A DNA stretch of 64,000 bases from Candidatus Omnitrophota bacterium (GTDB lineage: Bacteria; Omnitrophota; Gorgyraeia; Aquiviventales; Aquiviventaceae): the NCBI GenBank assembly GCA_023247255.1, contig JAHFGV010000001.1:22464-86463 (forward strand), given 5' to 3'. How positions within the stretch are numbered: position 1 is the stretch's first letter; the number at the start of each line of letters is the position of its first letter. Under the pieces are notes generated by a model that saw only the letters and a list, made by a program, of their open reading frames with translations, was not told the origin of the DNA and searched no databases. Position numbers and translations under genes: made by a program. Positions 48,289 through 57,420 of the stretch are shown in pieces.

Positions 48289-48545
48289 CTGAACCCCCTG
48301 TTTGACTGGTTATACAGTGTACTTACAATGTATCACCTCCATTGCGGCTCGTCAAGTGTCGCCACCTCAGCAGCGGCCAGCACCAGCCGAAATCCTTCCG
48401 CCAGGGCGTGAAACACCTGGCTGGTGTCGTGGATGGTGTCCGGCTCCGGTGCTTCAGAAAGTCCAGGTATTTTCGCACTATGGTCATCCATACGTCTAGA
48501 GGTAGAATTGTTTGGTCATCTTAAAAAATAGAACCGCCACCTCAT

Positions 48546-48770
48546 TTACCGGCAGCCACGGTCAGCATTCCAGGTTTTCCCATTCCGGCAGGAGCAGACG
48601 ACATCCTTTCCCTCGATGCGCTCGGGACGGGAGCAGGCTTCCGCAAAGGCGGTTTCGCAGTTGAGAAAAACCCCTCCGGTTAACTCGCACAGGGATTTAA
48701 ACCTCGCGAGATCGCTCTTCGCCTGACACCCTGCGAATGCAAAAAGCACGATTATGAGGATTCTGAACAC
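48546..48770 (-). CDS. Small Cys-rich lipoprotein (74 aa)
   Basis: Signal peptide plus lipobox FAFAGC, six further Cys. Confidence 0.5.
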   Translation of the reverse strand: MFRILIIVLFAFAGCQAKSDLARFKSLCELTGGVFLNCETAFAEACSRPERIEGKDVVCSCRNGKTWNADRGCR

Positions 48771-48962
48771 TGATCTTCCCGTAAACTAAGTAGACGTATT
48801 ACGGTTCTAGTGTATTCATAATAGGTTACGAGTTAATTCCGGTAAAAGCTCTGCGCTTTCACAGTGAGCTTGTTCAAAGACTCCGCAACGCTCTTAAGCA
48901 GTTCCTTCAAGTTTTTGGTCCTCATAGCGTAGCCCCTTTTACATATGTCGCTATGTGTTGCA

Positions 48963-49955
48963 TTATGGGCTGACACAAAGGCTGCGCACGCGATCGAGGA
49001 GTTGTCTTGCCTTTCCACTCTCGATTGTCTGACGTGCGGACTCCATGCCCTCTTGGATCGTCGCTGCGCGATTGGAAACGTAGATCACACAGCCGGCATT
49101 GACTACGACGATGTCGCGGGCTGGTCCTTCCTTGCCATCCAGAATGTCGCGGGCAATCGCGGCGTTTCTTTCCACAGAACCTCCCTGGATGGCTGGTAGC
49201 AAAACACGTGGAATATCAAAGGCTCGGGTATCGAGCGTGGCGCGCGTGATACGACCGTCTCGGACCTCCAGGGTATCTGTGAGTGCTGTGGTGCTGATCT
49301 CATCCAAACCATCGCGACCATGGACAACCATTCCATGCTGAACACCCAGTCGGCTGATGGCTTCTGCCATCGGCTGCAATAACCGCTCGTCGGAGACTCC
49401 CACCAATTGAAATGCCAGCGCTGCCGGATTCGCCAATGGGCCGATGAGATTGAATAGAGTGCGTATTCCCAGTTCCTTTCGGATACCTGCGACGCCTTTC
49501 ATCGCCGGATGAAAAATCGGGGCAAAACAGAACCCGAATCCCAACGTTTCCACACAGTGGGCCACCTGCTTGGGTGAAGCCGATAGATTAACGCCCATGG
49601 CCTCCAAAACATCGGCACTGCCGCAGCGGCTGGATGCTGCGCGGTTTCCGTGTTTGACGATTCGTACGCCGCTAGCGGCGGCCACCAGCGCAGCAAGTGT
49701 GGAAACGTTCACGGTTTGTTGTTTGTCTCCACCCGTGCCGCAGGTATCACAGAGATTCTGCGTATTTGTCAAGGGCAGGCGCACTGCATGGGCTCGCAGG
49801 ACTTCAACCGCAACAGCTATCTCCTGTGACGTTTCTCCCCGTTTTGCCAGCGTTTGGAGGAAAATCCGCGTGGATTCGGCAGGGTAGCTGCCAGTCATGA
49901 TCTGGGTCATGACCTGGCGCATCGCTTCGGCGGGTAAGGGCTGCTCGAAGTCCAT
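48963..49955 (-). CDS. trpD: Anthranilate phosphoribosyltransferase
   Basis: CDTCGTGGDKQQTVNVSTLAALVAAASG. Confidence 0.95.
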   Translation of the reverse strand: MDFEQPLPAEAMRQVMTQIMTGSYPAESTRIFLQTLAKRGETSQEIAVAVEVLRAHAVRLPLTNTQNLCDTCGTGGDKQQTVNVSTLAALVAAASGVRIVKHGNRAASSRCGSADVLEAMGVNLSASPKQVAHCVETLGFGFCFAPIFHPAMKGVAGIRKELGIRTLFNLIGPLANPAALAFQLVGVSDERLLQPMAEAISRLGVQHGMVVHGRDGLDEISTTALTDTLEVRDGRITRATLDTRAFDIPRVLLPAIQGGSVERNAAIARDILDGKEGPARDIVVVNAGCVIYVSNRAATIQEGMESARQTIESGKARQLLDRVRSLCVSP

Positions 49956-49956
49956 C

Positions 49957-50556
49957 CTATCGATGAGAAGGCCGGCGTTTGTGAAAGTCCCTCACCAGGC
50001 GTAGGAAATTCCGCAACAGATCCTTGCCCTGTGTGGTGAGGATGGACTCCGGGTGAAACTGCACGCCATATACAGGCAGATGGCGATGTTGGAGTCCCAT
50101 GATTTCGCGCTGAATCGTCCAGGCCGTAACGCGGAGTGTCTTGGGTAGAGTCTCTCGACGCACGATCAACGAATGATAGCGGGTGGCTTCAAAAGGATTG
50201 GGAAGTTTTCGGAACAGTCCGGTCCGTATGTGATAGATTGCGGAAGTCTTACCGTGCATGGGCCGTCTGGCACGGACCACGTGGCCTCCGAAGACCTCGC
50301 CGATGCATTGGTGGCCCAGGCATACGCCAAGAATAGGGGTGGATGCTGCGAAGGTTTTGATGAGGTCATTAGATATCCCAGCATCGGAAGGGTTGCCTGG
50401 CCCAGGAGAGATGACAATGCTCGACGGTTTGAGTCGCCGGATGCCCTTTAAGGTGATTTGATCGTTGCGCTTGACCACCAGTTCCTCACCCAATTCTCCC
50501 AAGTATTGGACGAGGTTGTAAGTGAACGAGTCGTAATTGTCGATCATGAGGATCAT
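49957..50556 (-). CDS. trpG: Anthranilate synthase component II (glutamine amidotransferase)
   Basis: [12 protein letters not shown] catalytic Cys. Confidence 0.95.
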   Translation of the reverse strand: MILMIDNYDSFTYNLVQYLGELGEELVVKRNDQITLKGIRRLKPSSIVISPGPGNPSDAGISNDLIKTFAASTPILGVCLGHQCIGEVFGGHVVRARRPMHGKTSAIYHIRTGLFRKLPNPFEATRYHSLIVRRETLPKTLRVTAWTIQREIMGLQHRHLPVYGVQFHPESILTTQGKDLLRNFLRLVRDFHKRRPSHR

Positions 50557-50574
50557 GGATAACCTCTAAATGGG

Positions 50575-50690
50575 ATTTGCGCGTTGGCGCGAGTGTGCAT
50601 GTTAACGTTTCTACCTGTGCAATGGGACAGCTTGAAGCTTGTTAACTCGCGCACTCGCAAACCCACTAACGCGCTAACTCGCCAACACGC
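50575..50690 (-). promoter_or_regulatory. Structured trpE-trpG intergenic element (long imperfect inverted repeat)
   Basis: gcgcgttggcgcgagtgtgcatgttaac ... gttaactcgcgcactcgc ... ctcgccaacacgc. Confidence 0.35.
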
Positions 50691-52186
50691 TAACCCTTTC
50701 GTCGTTCCGCCAACTCAATGGCTTGGAGCATGCCTTTGGCCTTGTTGATCGTCTCTTGATATTCCCGATCGGGTTGGGAATCCGCGACGATACCGGCACC
50801 TGCTTGAATATAAGCGTGACGATCTTTAACCAGGATGGTGCGGATCGTGATGCACGCATCGAGGTTTCCGGAGAAGCTGAAATAGCCGACGGCTCCGGCG
50901 TAAATGCCCCGATCTTGCCGCTCCAACTGGGCAATAATTTCCATAGCCCTGACTTTAGGAGCACCGGTGACGGTTCCTGCCGGGAACGTGGCACGCAAGG
51001 CGTCGAAAGCTGTTTTTCCTGAACGCAGCTTACCTGTCACCCCGCTGACTAGATGCAGAACATGCGAGTATTTCTCAACGATCATCAGCTCCGGGGTGCG
51101 AACCGATCCTACCTGGGCCACTCGACCCAGATCGTTGCGTCCCAAATCCACGAGCATGAGATGTTCGGCGCGTTCCTTGGGACTTGTGCGCAACTGATGA
51201 ATCAGGCGCTCATCCTCACGTTCACTCTTACCCCTGGGTCGAGTGCCGGCAATGGGCCGGGTTTCCAGAAGACCTTCTTCGCAGCGGATGAGCATTTCCG
51301 GAGAAGATCCGACCAGAGACAGGTTTCCTAGACGTAAAAAGAACATATAGGGAGACGGATTGAGCGATCGCAGGGAACGGTAAACTTTCAAGGGTTCGCA
51401 ATCCAAGCGTCTCTCAAAACGTTGAGAAAGAACGACCTGGATGATCTCACCTGAGCGGATCGCTTGCTTGGCCTGGTGGACCATGCTCACAAACTCTTCA
51501 CGACTCATGCTGGACTGAAAGGGCTTCGAGACAGAGGGAATACTTTGTTTTCTCCGGGTATCTGGAAGGCTTCGGGAAAGTTTCCGGGCCATGGCGTGTA
51601 TGGTTTCAACCGCCTTTCGGTAGGCAAGCCGCGGCGCATGCGTCTGGGTTTGGGCGTTGGCCACCAACAATAGCTTATGTTGGGCATGGTCGAAAATGGC
51701 CATTGTCTGGGTCAGCATCAGCATGATGTCCGGCAGGCGCAAGTCATTTTCTCGATGGGTAGGCAGACGTTCCAAGAATCGCACGACGTTATATCCGAGA
51801 TAGCCGACCCATCCTCCGCAAAACCGCGGCAGTCCCTCAACAGGCACAAAACGAATGGGTGCCGTCAGGCGTTCGATTTCCTTGAGGGGATCCGGCACAT
51901 TTTCAAAACGCCGCGTTTGGCGAGTGCCCTGCCCGAATGTTGTGAGATCGACGTTTCTGCCGCTGCTGGTGAAAAGCATCTGCGGGCTGCTACCCAGGAA
52001 TGAAAAACGCGCGACTTTTTCTGTTCCCTCTACCGATTCGAGCAGATAGCTGAGCCGGCCGTCGTCCAGTTTCATAAACGCGCTCACAGGCGTTTCCAAA
52101 TCAGCCAGCATCGTCCCGTAGACAGGAATAACATTTCCCTGTTTTGCTAAACGGATGAACTCAACTTCTGATGGTTGAATCTTCAT
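50690..52186 (-). CDS. trpE: Anthranilate synthase component I
   Basis: LSYLLESVEG N-terminus, chorismate-binding C-terminus GAVGYFSFSG. Confidence 0.95.
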   Translation of the reverse strand: MKIQPSEVEFIRLAKQGNVIPVYGTMLADLETPVSAFMKLDDGRLSYLLESVEGTEKVARFSFLGSSPQMLFTSSGRNVDLTTFGQGTRQTRRFENVPDPLKEIERLTAPIRFVPVEGLPRFCGGWVGYLGYNVVRFLERLPTHRENDLRLPDIMLMLTQTMAIFDHAQHKLLLVANAQTQTHAPRLAYRKAVETIHAMARKLSRSLPDTRRKQSIPSVSKPFQSSMSREEFVSMVHQAKQAIRSGEIIQVVLSQRFERRLDCEPLKVYRSLRSLNPSPYMFFLRLGNLSLVGSSPEMLIRCEEGLLETRPIAGTRPRGKSEREDERLIHQLRTSPKERAEHLMLVDLGRNDLGRVAQVGSVRTPELMIVEKYSHVLHLVSGVTGKLRSGKTAFDALRATFPAGTVTGAPKVRAMEIIAQLERQDRGIYAGAVGYFSFSGNLDACITIRTILVKDRHAYIQAGAGIVADSQPDREYQETINKAKGMLQAIELAERRKG

Positions 52187-52192
52187 AACAGG

Positions 52193-52837
52193 TCACAGGT
52201 TCTTTGAATTAAACGGAAACCATGTTTGTAAAAGTGTGCGGAGGCGCACAAACGATTCATCCTGGCACCGATCCAAACTGACCCTTTCGGCAAGCTGTCG
52301 ATACAGAGAAGATGAGCGTGGAATACTGACTTGTTTCAATGCTGTTTCAAGGGCCCTCCGTGGTTCTTGAGGTTTTCTGTCAGACCCTTTCCATAATTCC
52401 TGATGTTGTAGCCAATTTCGTAATGTGGGTGTTCTGCCTTTCCATCCTAAGACGGCATCTACCTCGCTTGAATCACTCCATACCCACACTTCCAATTCAG
52501 GGTTGATAACGAGCACTTCCGCACGCTCATCCCACCCATTATTAGCGAGCCTAGCTTTTAGATTAGCTTCGATTTCCTGGACACCCGAAGTTTCTTGGCC
52601 ACAGCCTTTAGCATCAAATACCACCAGTGCTCGCTTAGCCTTTTTAAAGTAGAAACGCAATACCTCAGGGGCTTCCTTAAAGCATCCAGGGTCTCGGTGG
52701 AAATTTACTAGAATCTCGTATCGAATGGACCGAATACCCAGGCTTCTTTGACGTGTGGAGATGAGTCCTTCGAAAACTTCTCGTTCATCAGTTCCTGGAA
52801 CAAGCAAGATAAGATCGAGCGGAGATTCAGCATTCAT
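52193..52837 (-). CDS. DUF4276-like (TOPRIM-like) protein, partner of the upstream ABC/AAA_21 ATPase
   Basis: N-terminal LILLVPGTDEREVFEGLI resembles the DUF4276/TOPRIM start (VEGxTE); 4-nt overlap with the ATPase stop. Confidence 0.55.
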   Translation of the reverse strand: MNAESPLDLILLVPGTDEREVFEGLISTRQRSLGIRSIRYEILVNFHRDPGCFKEAPEVLRFYFKKAKRALVVFDAKGCGQETSGVQEIEANLKARLANNGWDERAEVLVINPELEVWVWSDSSEVDAVLGWKGRTPTLRNWLQHQELWKGSDRKPQEPRRALETALKQVSIPRSSSLYRQLAERVSLDRCQDESFVRLRTLLQTWFPFNSKNL

Positions 52838-54093
52838 CCGAGAACGCCTGTTGCAAATAGCGTCCCAAGATCAATGCCTCTTCGCCAATCTCGTAACATC
52901 GGATGTTCGCTTCCACGGACGATATCCGTAGCACCTCCGCTGCTACGAGCGAAACAAAGAATTTGCTCAGGCTCAGCAAGGGAGAGGATCACGGGTGAGT
53001 GGCTGGCGCACAGAATTTGGTTCTCATAAGTCGATGAGAGTGACTGGAATACTGCTTCAACGGCTCTGGGATGAATGCCATTCTCAGGTTCCTCAATGAG
53101 ATAAATGTGCCCTGCTTGATTGAGATAGGCCAACAGGGTGAGAGCGAGCAGTCGCAGTGTCCCATCGGATATCATCCAAGATGGCGCACTCAGTCCCGAC
53201 TGATAGGATAGGCGAAGATAGCGATGTTTGTCCTCTGGCCGTTCTACCGTATCGACCGTGTTCAAATCCGTAAGTGCCGTGCGCACGTGTCCAATCCAGC
53301 GTTCAAAACGTTCTGGGGATTTCCGTAGCTCCTCGATTACTAACGGTAGATTGGATCCATCAGGCTGAAATTCTTGAGGGCTTCCAGGAGGAGTAGGACG
53401 TCGCATCGCCTGGCTATTGAGAGTCAGACTCTGGATGCCTTCTATAAGTAGATGTTTAACCCAGATAGCCACAGGGAAACGATTTTCGTCCTCAGGCAAG
53501 TTAGCGAGCGCTGAGCGCTGGGGTCCCAATCTAAAGGGGTTGTTCCAATCTGTCGTTTCGGAAAAGAAGTAATCGTTACCGGACTCAGATTTTTTTGTCA
53601 CAACTTTTTTCCATCCTGAAGGGGTATGTTTTCCTTCGGGAAGGACAACAGGTGTGGTTATCACCTGAAGGGATGGAAAAAGTTCACGTTGGTTCTCTTT
53701 CTTTTCTTCCTCTTTAGGAGCAGGTTTTAACCAGAGCGTTTCGCTAAGGATGGAAAGCACATTCTTAACATCTAAACCTATAGCCATTTCATACCGTGCG
53801 CGTTCATACCCATTGCGTGGAAGTTGCCGCCGTCGTTCTTCAGGAATCTCCATTTCAACAGCGATTTCAAATTCTTTATTCTGTCCCATCCAGATCAGAT
53901 CTGACAGGTTGGGTGAGCGAGAATGGACCGCTTCCATGAGTCCATCTTTAAGCACATCACCGAGTAGACGGATGACATCCAGAAAAGTCGATTTTCCACT
54001 GGCATTGGGTCCTACAAGAACATGGAAGCTCTCCATTTGCTGGCGTACACGGTGTAAACAGCGATATCCCTCCACGTCAATCAGTCGGATCAT
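52834..54093 (-). CDS. AAA_21 / ABC-type ATPase (OLD/Gabija-GajA/AbiL-like), start at [10 protein letters not shown]
   Basis: Walker A VGPNASGKSTFLD, Walker B/D-loop IYLIEEPENGIHP, CASHSP; ATGA overlap with the hisI stop (tcat at 54090-54093). Confidence 0.8.
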   Translation of the reverse strand: MIRLIDVEGYRCLHRVRQQMESFHVLVGPNASGKSTFLDVIRLLGDVLKDGLMEAVHSRSPNLSDLIWMGQNKEFEIAVEMEIPEERRRQLPRNGYERARYEMAIGLDVKNVLSILSETLWLKPAPKEEEKKENQRELFPSLQVITTPVVLPEGKHTPSGWKKVVTKKSESGNDYFFSETTDWNNPFRLGPQRSALANLPEDENRFPVAIWVKHLLIEGIQSLTLNSQAMRRPTPPGSPQEFQPDGSNLPLVIEELRKSPERFERWIGHVRTALTDLNTVDTVERPEDKHRYLRLSYQSGLSAPSWMISDGTLRLLALTLLAYLNQAGHIYLIEEPENGIHPRAVEAVFQSLSSTYENQILCASHSPVILSLAEPEQILCFARSSGGATDIVRGSEHPMLRDWRRGIDLGTLFATGVLG

Positions 54094-54524
54094 TTTGAAA
54101 CTCCTTTGTACACTTTCTTTGGATCGAAAACCTTTCGACTCTGGACTTGTAATCTTCCTAAATGGGAGAGAATCCGAAAATAGCAACTGAAGTATCCGGC
54201 GTGGCAGGCGGCGACGCGCTGGCGGACGAAAAACACAAGGGATTTGCCTTCACAGTCAACGGCTATACTTTGGATGAACTGAATGTGTCCAGAGGTCTCT
54301 CCTTTACGCATGAGTGTCTGTTGGGAGCGTCGGAAAAGATAAACGGTTCCTGTCTGTAGGCTCTTACGCAAAGCTTCACGGTTGAGGTAGCACAGGGTCA
54401 GAACTTGCTTGCTCTTGGCATCTTGGATGATTGTTGGAATCAGTTCCTCATCGGAGAACTTCAAAACCGAAACGAGTTGGCGGAAACCGGCTAAGGCTTT
54501 GCCGCGCTGAAGGTTTGTCTTCAT
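54090..54524 (-). CDS. hisI: Phosphoribosyl-AMP cyclohydrolase
   Basis: [23 protein letters not shown]...[11 protein letters not shown]. Confidence 0.9.
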   Translation of the reverse strand: MKTNLQRGKALAGFRQLVSVLKFSDEELIPTIIQDAKSKQVLTLCYLNREALRKSLQTGTVYLFRRSQQTLMRKGETSGHIQFIQSIAVDCEGKSLVFFVRQRVAACHAGYFSCYFRILSHLGRLQVQSRKVFDPKKVYKGVSK

Positions 54525-55309
54525 ATCCGAACCGTCAGTCCTTTAGAGGCAATATAACGTTTCACTTCCGCAATCGTAAGCTCTCCAAAATGAAACAAAG
54601 AGGCGGCCAAGGCGGCGTCGGCCTTGCCCTGTGTGAGTGCTTTTACGAAGTGCTCCGGATTACCGGCACCGCCGGATGCGATCACAGGAATCGAGACCGC
54701 TTCAGAGACGGCTTTCGTCAATGCCACGTCATAGCCCATTTTCGTGCCGTCTCGATCCATACTGGTGAGGAGAATCTCACCCGCTCCCATTTCTTGCGCT
54801 TCCTTCGCCCATTCCACAGCGTCCTTCCCTGTAGGATTCCTTCCTCCGTGGGTGTAGACTTTCCATTCGGATTGCGGATTGTGAATTGTGGGTTGTGGAT
54901 CTGAATGACGGCGCTTGGCATCGATGGCTACGACGATACACTGAGCGCCGAATCTTTCAGACGCTTCGCGGATAAAAATGGGATTCTCAAGCGCGCTTGT
55001 GTTGATTGAGACCTTATCGGCTCCCGCTTTCAACAGAGCGCGGATGTCCTCCAGCGTGCGAATTCCTCCACCCACCGTCAGGGGCATGAAGGCAACGGAT
55101 GCGGTTTTCGCCACTACGTCGATGAGAATCGGCCGCTGCTCAAAACTCGCGGTGATGTCGAGAAAGACAAGCTCATCGGCCCCCGCATCGTTGTAAGCCT
55201 TGGCCGCATCGACTGGGTCTCCAGCATCCTTGAGGCTCACGAACCGCACGCCTTTGATGATGCGTCCGCGATCTACATCGAGACAAGGAATGATGCGTTT
55301 AGCTAGCAT
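54521..55309 (-). CDS. hisF: Imidazole glycerol phosphate synthase cyclase subunit, with a short in-frame family-2 half-repeat
   Basis: [16 protein letters not shown]...; extra [14 protein letters not shown] is encoded by cggattgcggattgtgaattgtgggttgtgg at 54866-54907. Confidence 0.93.
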   Translation of the reverse strand: MLAKRIIPCLDVDRGRIIKGVRFVSLKDAGDPVDAAKAYNDAGADELVFLDITASFEQRPILIDVVAKTASVAFMPLTVGGGIRTLEDIRALLKAGADKVSINTSALENPIFIREASERFGAQCIVVAIDAKRRHSDPQPTIHNPQSEWKVYTHGGRNPTGKDAVEWAKEAQEMGAGEILLTSMDRDGTKMGYDVALTKAVSEAVSIPVIASGGAGNPEHFVKALTQGKADAALAASLFHFGELTIAEVKRYIASKGLTVRI

Positions 55310-55328
55310 ATTAGCGCGTAGCTATCTG

Positions 55329-56054
55329 CTAAGTCCCAAGTGCTTGGATGGCTTGCTTGAGATCAATCTGTTTCTCATACAACGCCTTGCCGACGATGGC
55401 TCCCATTAAGCCACGTTCTTCCAAATTCTTGAGCTGCTGCAGATCTTTCAACGATGCGATTCCTCCAGATGCAATCAGCTGTTTGGGGCCGACGTCCAAG
55501 ATTTCTTCCAGCAGGGAAAGATTAGGCCCTTGGAGCATTCCGTCGCGGCTGACATCCGTGCAAATCAGCGTCTCGACTCCTAGCATGACGACACTACGTG
55601 CCAGAGCCGATGGTTTCAGGGTGGTTGAACGCATCCAACCTCTGGCAACGACCTGCCCGGCCCTTGCGTCAATGGCGACGGCGATCTTGGAGCCGTAACG
55701 GTCAGCAGCTTCCTGAACGAAAACCGGATCCTCACAGGCTTTGGTGCCCAGAACCACTCGGGCAGCCCCTGAGGCAAAAGCCTGGGTGAGGGCTTGCTTA
55801 GTGCGGATTCCCCCGCTCAATTCGACCGAAGCATTGCATGAACGGATGATCCGCTCAGCCAGGGGAAGATTGACGTATGTCCCCTCGAAGGCGCCGTTAA
55901 GATCCACAACGTGCAACCAGCAAGCGCCTTGAGCTACCCACTGCTTAGCGATGGCTATCGGATCTTTGGAATAGACGACGACTTGATCCCGTTTGCCTTG
56001 GGAGAGCCGCACCACTTGTCCATCGAGCAAGTCAATCGCTGGAATAATAATCAT
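55329..56054 (-). CDS. hisA: ProFAR isomerase
   Basis: MIIIPAIDLLDGQVVRL. Confidence 0.93.
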   Translation of the reverse strand: MIIIPAIDLLDGQVVRLSQGKRDQVVVYSKDPIAIAKQWVAQGACWLHVVDLNGAFEGTYVNLPLAERIIRSCNASVELSGGIRTKQALTQAFASGAARVVLGTKACEDPVFVQEAADRYGSKIAVAIDARAGQVVARGWMRSTTLKPSALARSVVMLGVETLICTDVSRDGMLQGPNLSLLEEILDVGPKQLIASGGIASLKDLQQLKNLEERGLMGAIVGKALYEKQIDLKQAIQALGT

Positions 56055-56692
56055 AGAGAAATGAAATTTCTGAGAAGCTGCAATCCCAGTGTCTGACTTT
56101 TTTCAGGATGAAACTGCGTGGCGTAGAGATTTTCCCGCCACACCATCGATGCAAACCGGACGCCATAATCTGTTTCCAGTATGACTACCGATCGGTCGGC
56201 TGGTTCAGGATAATAGGAATGGACGAAGTACACAAAACTTCCATCCGGTATCCCCTCCAGCAGTGGACAGGTCTTTTGCTTTTGCTGATTGCTGTAAATC
56301 TGATTCCATCCCATGTGGGGAATTTTAAGGGGCGAGGGGCGCGAGGCGAGGGGCGAGGTTTTTGCACGGAAGCGTTTAACAACGCCTCTCAAGACTCCGA
56401 GGCCAGATGAGGCTTCTCCTTCTTCACTGCGTTCAAAAAGCAATTGCAACCCAAGACAGATGCCTAAGTAAGGAACGCCACGCGTGATCGCTGATGTAAT
56501 CGGTCCAATCAGCCCACGTGAGGATAACTCCTGCATGGCTGCTGGAAAAGCGCCCACCCCTGGCAGAATGAGTTTGTCGGCCTTCGCCACTTCAACCGGA
56601 TTGCTTGAGACACGGACAGACGCCCCGAGTGCCTCCAACGCTTTGGAGACGCTGCGCAAATTTCCCATACCGTAATCGATGATGACAATCAT
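56051..56692 (-). CDS. hisH: Imidazole glycerol phosphate synthase glutaminase subunit, with in-frame G-rich insert
   Basis: MIVIIDYGMGNLRSV, GICLGLQLL; insert AKTSPLASRPSPL corresponds to ggggcgaggggcgcgaggcgaggggcgagg at 56321-56365. Confidence 0.9.
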   Translation of the reverse strand: MIVIIDYGMGNLRSVSKALEALGASVRVSSNPVEVAKADKLILPGVGAFPAAMQELSSRGLIGPITSAITRGVPYLGICLGLQLLFERSEEGEASSGLGVLRGVVKRFRAKTSPLASRPSPLKIPHMGWNQIYSNQQKQKTCPLLEGIPDGSFVYFVHSYYPEPADRSVVILETDYGVRFASMVWRENLYATQFHPEKSQTLGLQLLRNFISL

Positions 56693-56700
56693 ATACGGGG

Positions 56701-56745
56701 CAGGGGGCAAGGGGCGCGGGGCATGGGAGCCTGTCCCCTGTCTCG
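56701..56745 (+). repeat. G-quadruplex-type motif in the hisB-hisH spacer, related to the hisH insert
   Basis: GGGGGcaaGGGGcgcGGGGcatGGG (four G-runs, loops 3 nt). Confidence 0.5.
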
Positions 56746-56759
56746 TGCCCCTTGGCTCT

Positions 56760-57362
56760 TCATAGGTGGCCCTTCGAGGAGGGGATTCCTTTTACCCGCG
56801 GGTTGCGCGTTACAGCTTGGCAAAGGGCGCGTCCCAGGGCTTTGAAGACCGCCTCAAGGACATGGTGGAAGTCGCTGCCAGAGAGGACGTCAATGTGAAT
56901 CGTTAGTTTCGCGGCCCTTGCGAAGGACTCGAGGAAATGCTCGGCATCCCCCCATTGATAAGAAGTGCTGGATGAAAGGCCTCCTTTGGAACGACTGCTG
57001 CGCGCATCCCTGAAGGCTACCTTGGGCCTTCCGGAGATGTCTAGAACCACACGCGCTAGGGCTTCGTCCATGGGAACGTAAGCACAACCAAAACGCTCAA
57101 TCCCGACACGTTTTCCCAACGTTTGGTCAAGTGCTTCTCCCAGAACAAGTCCAATATCTTCATTCGTGTGGTGCAAGTCGATATCCAAATCACCCTGCGC
57201 TTGGATGTTCAGATCCAACAATCCGTGGACGCCCAGAAGGGTGAGCATGTGATTCAGGAATGGGATGCCTGTTTTGACAGAAGCCTTCCCGGCTCCATCT
57301 AAGTTGAGTGTCACACGAATGTTCGTTTCTTTACTCTTGCGTATTATGTTCGCTTGTCTCAT
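56760..57362 (-). CDS. hisB: Imidazoleglycerol-phosphate dehydratase
   Basis: RKSKETNIRVTLNLDG...HHTNEDIGLVLG. Confidence 0.93.
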   Translation of the reverse strand: MRQANIIRKSKETNIRVTLNLDGAGKASVKTGIPFLNHMLTLLGVHGLLDLNIQAQGDLDIDLHHTNEDIGLVLGEALDQTLGKRVGIERFGCAYVPMDEALARVVLDISGRPKVAFRDARSSRSKGGLSSSTSYQWGDAEHFLESFARAAKLTIHIDVLSGSDFHHVLEAVFKALGRALCQAVTRNPRVKGIPSSKGHL

Positions 57363-57420
57363 CTAAACGGTCTACTCTCTCGTTTTTTGGACACTGGGCC
57401 ACTCAGGCTCACCTTGCCAT

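Noticed and set aside
48833-49018. 61-aa minus-strand ORF overlapping the trpD 3' end
   Set aside because: No RBS or motif, and it overlaps the trpD stop region. Considered a chance ORF.
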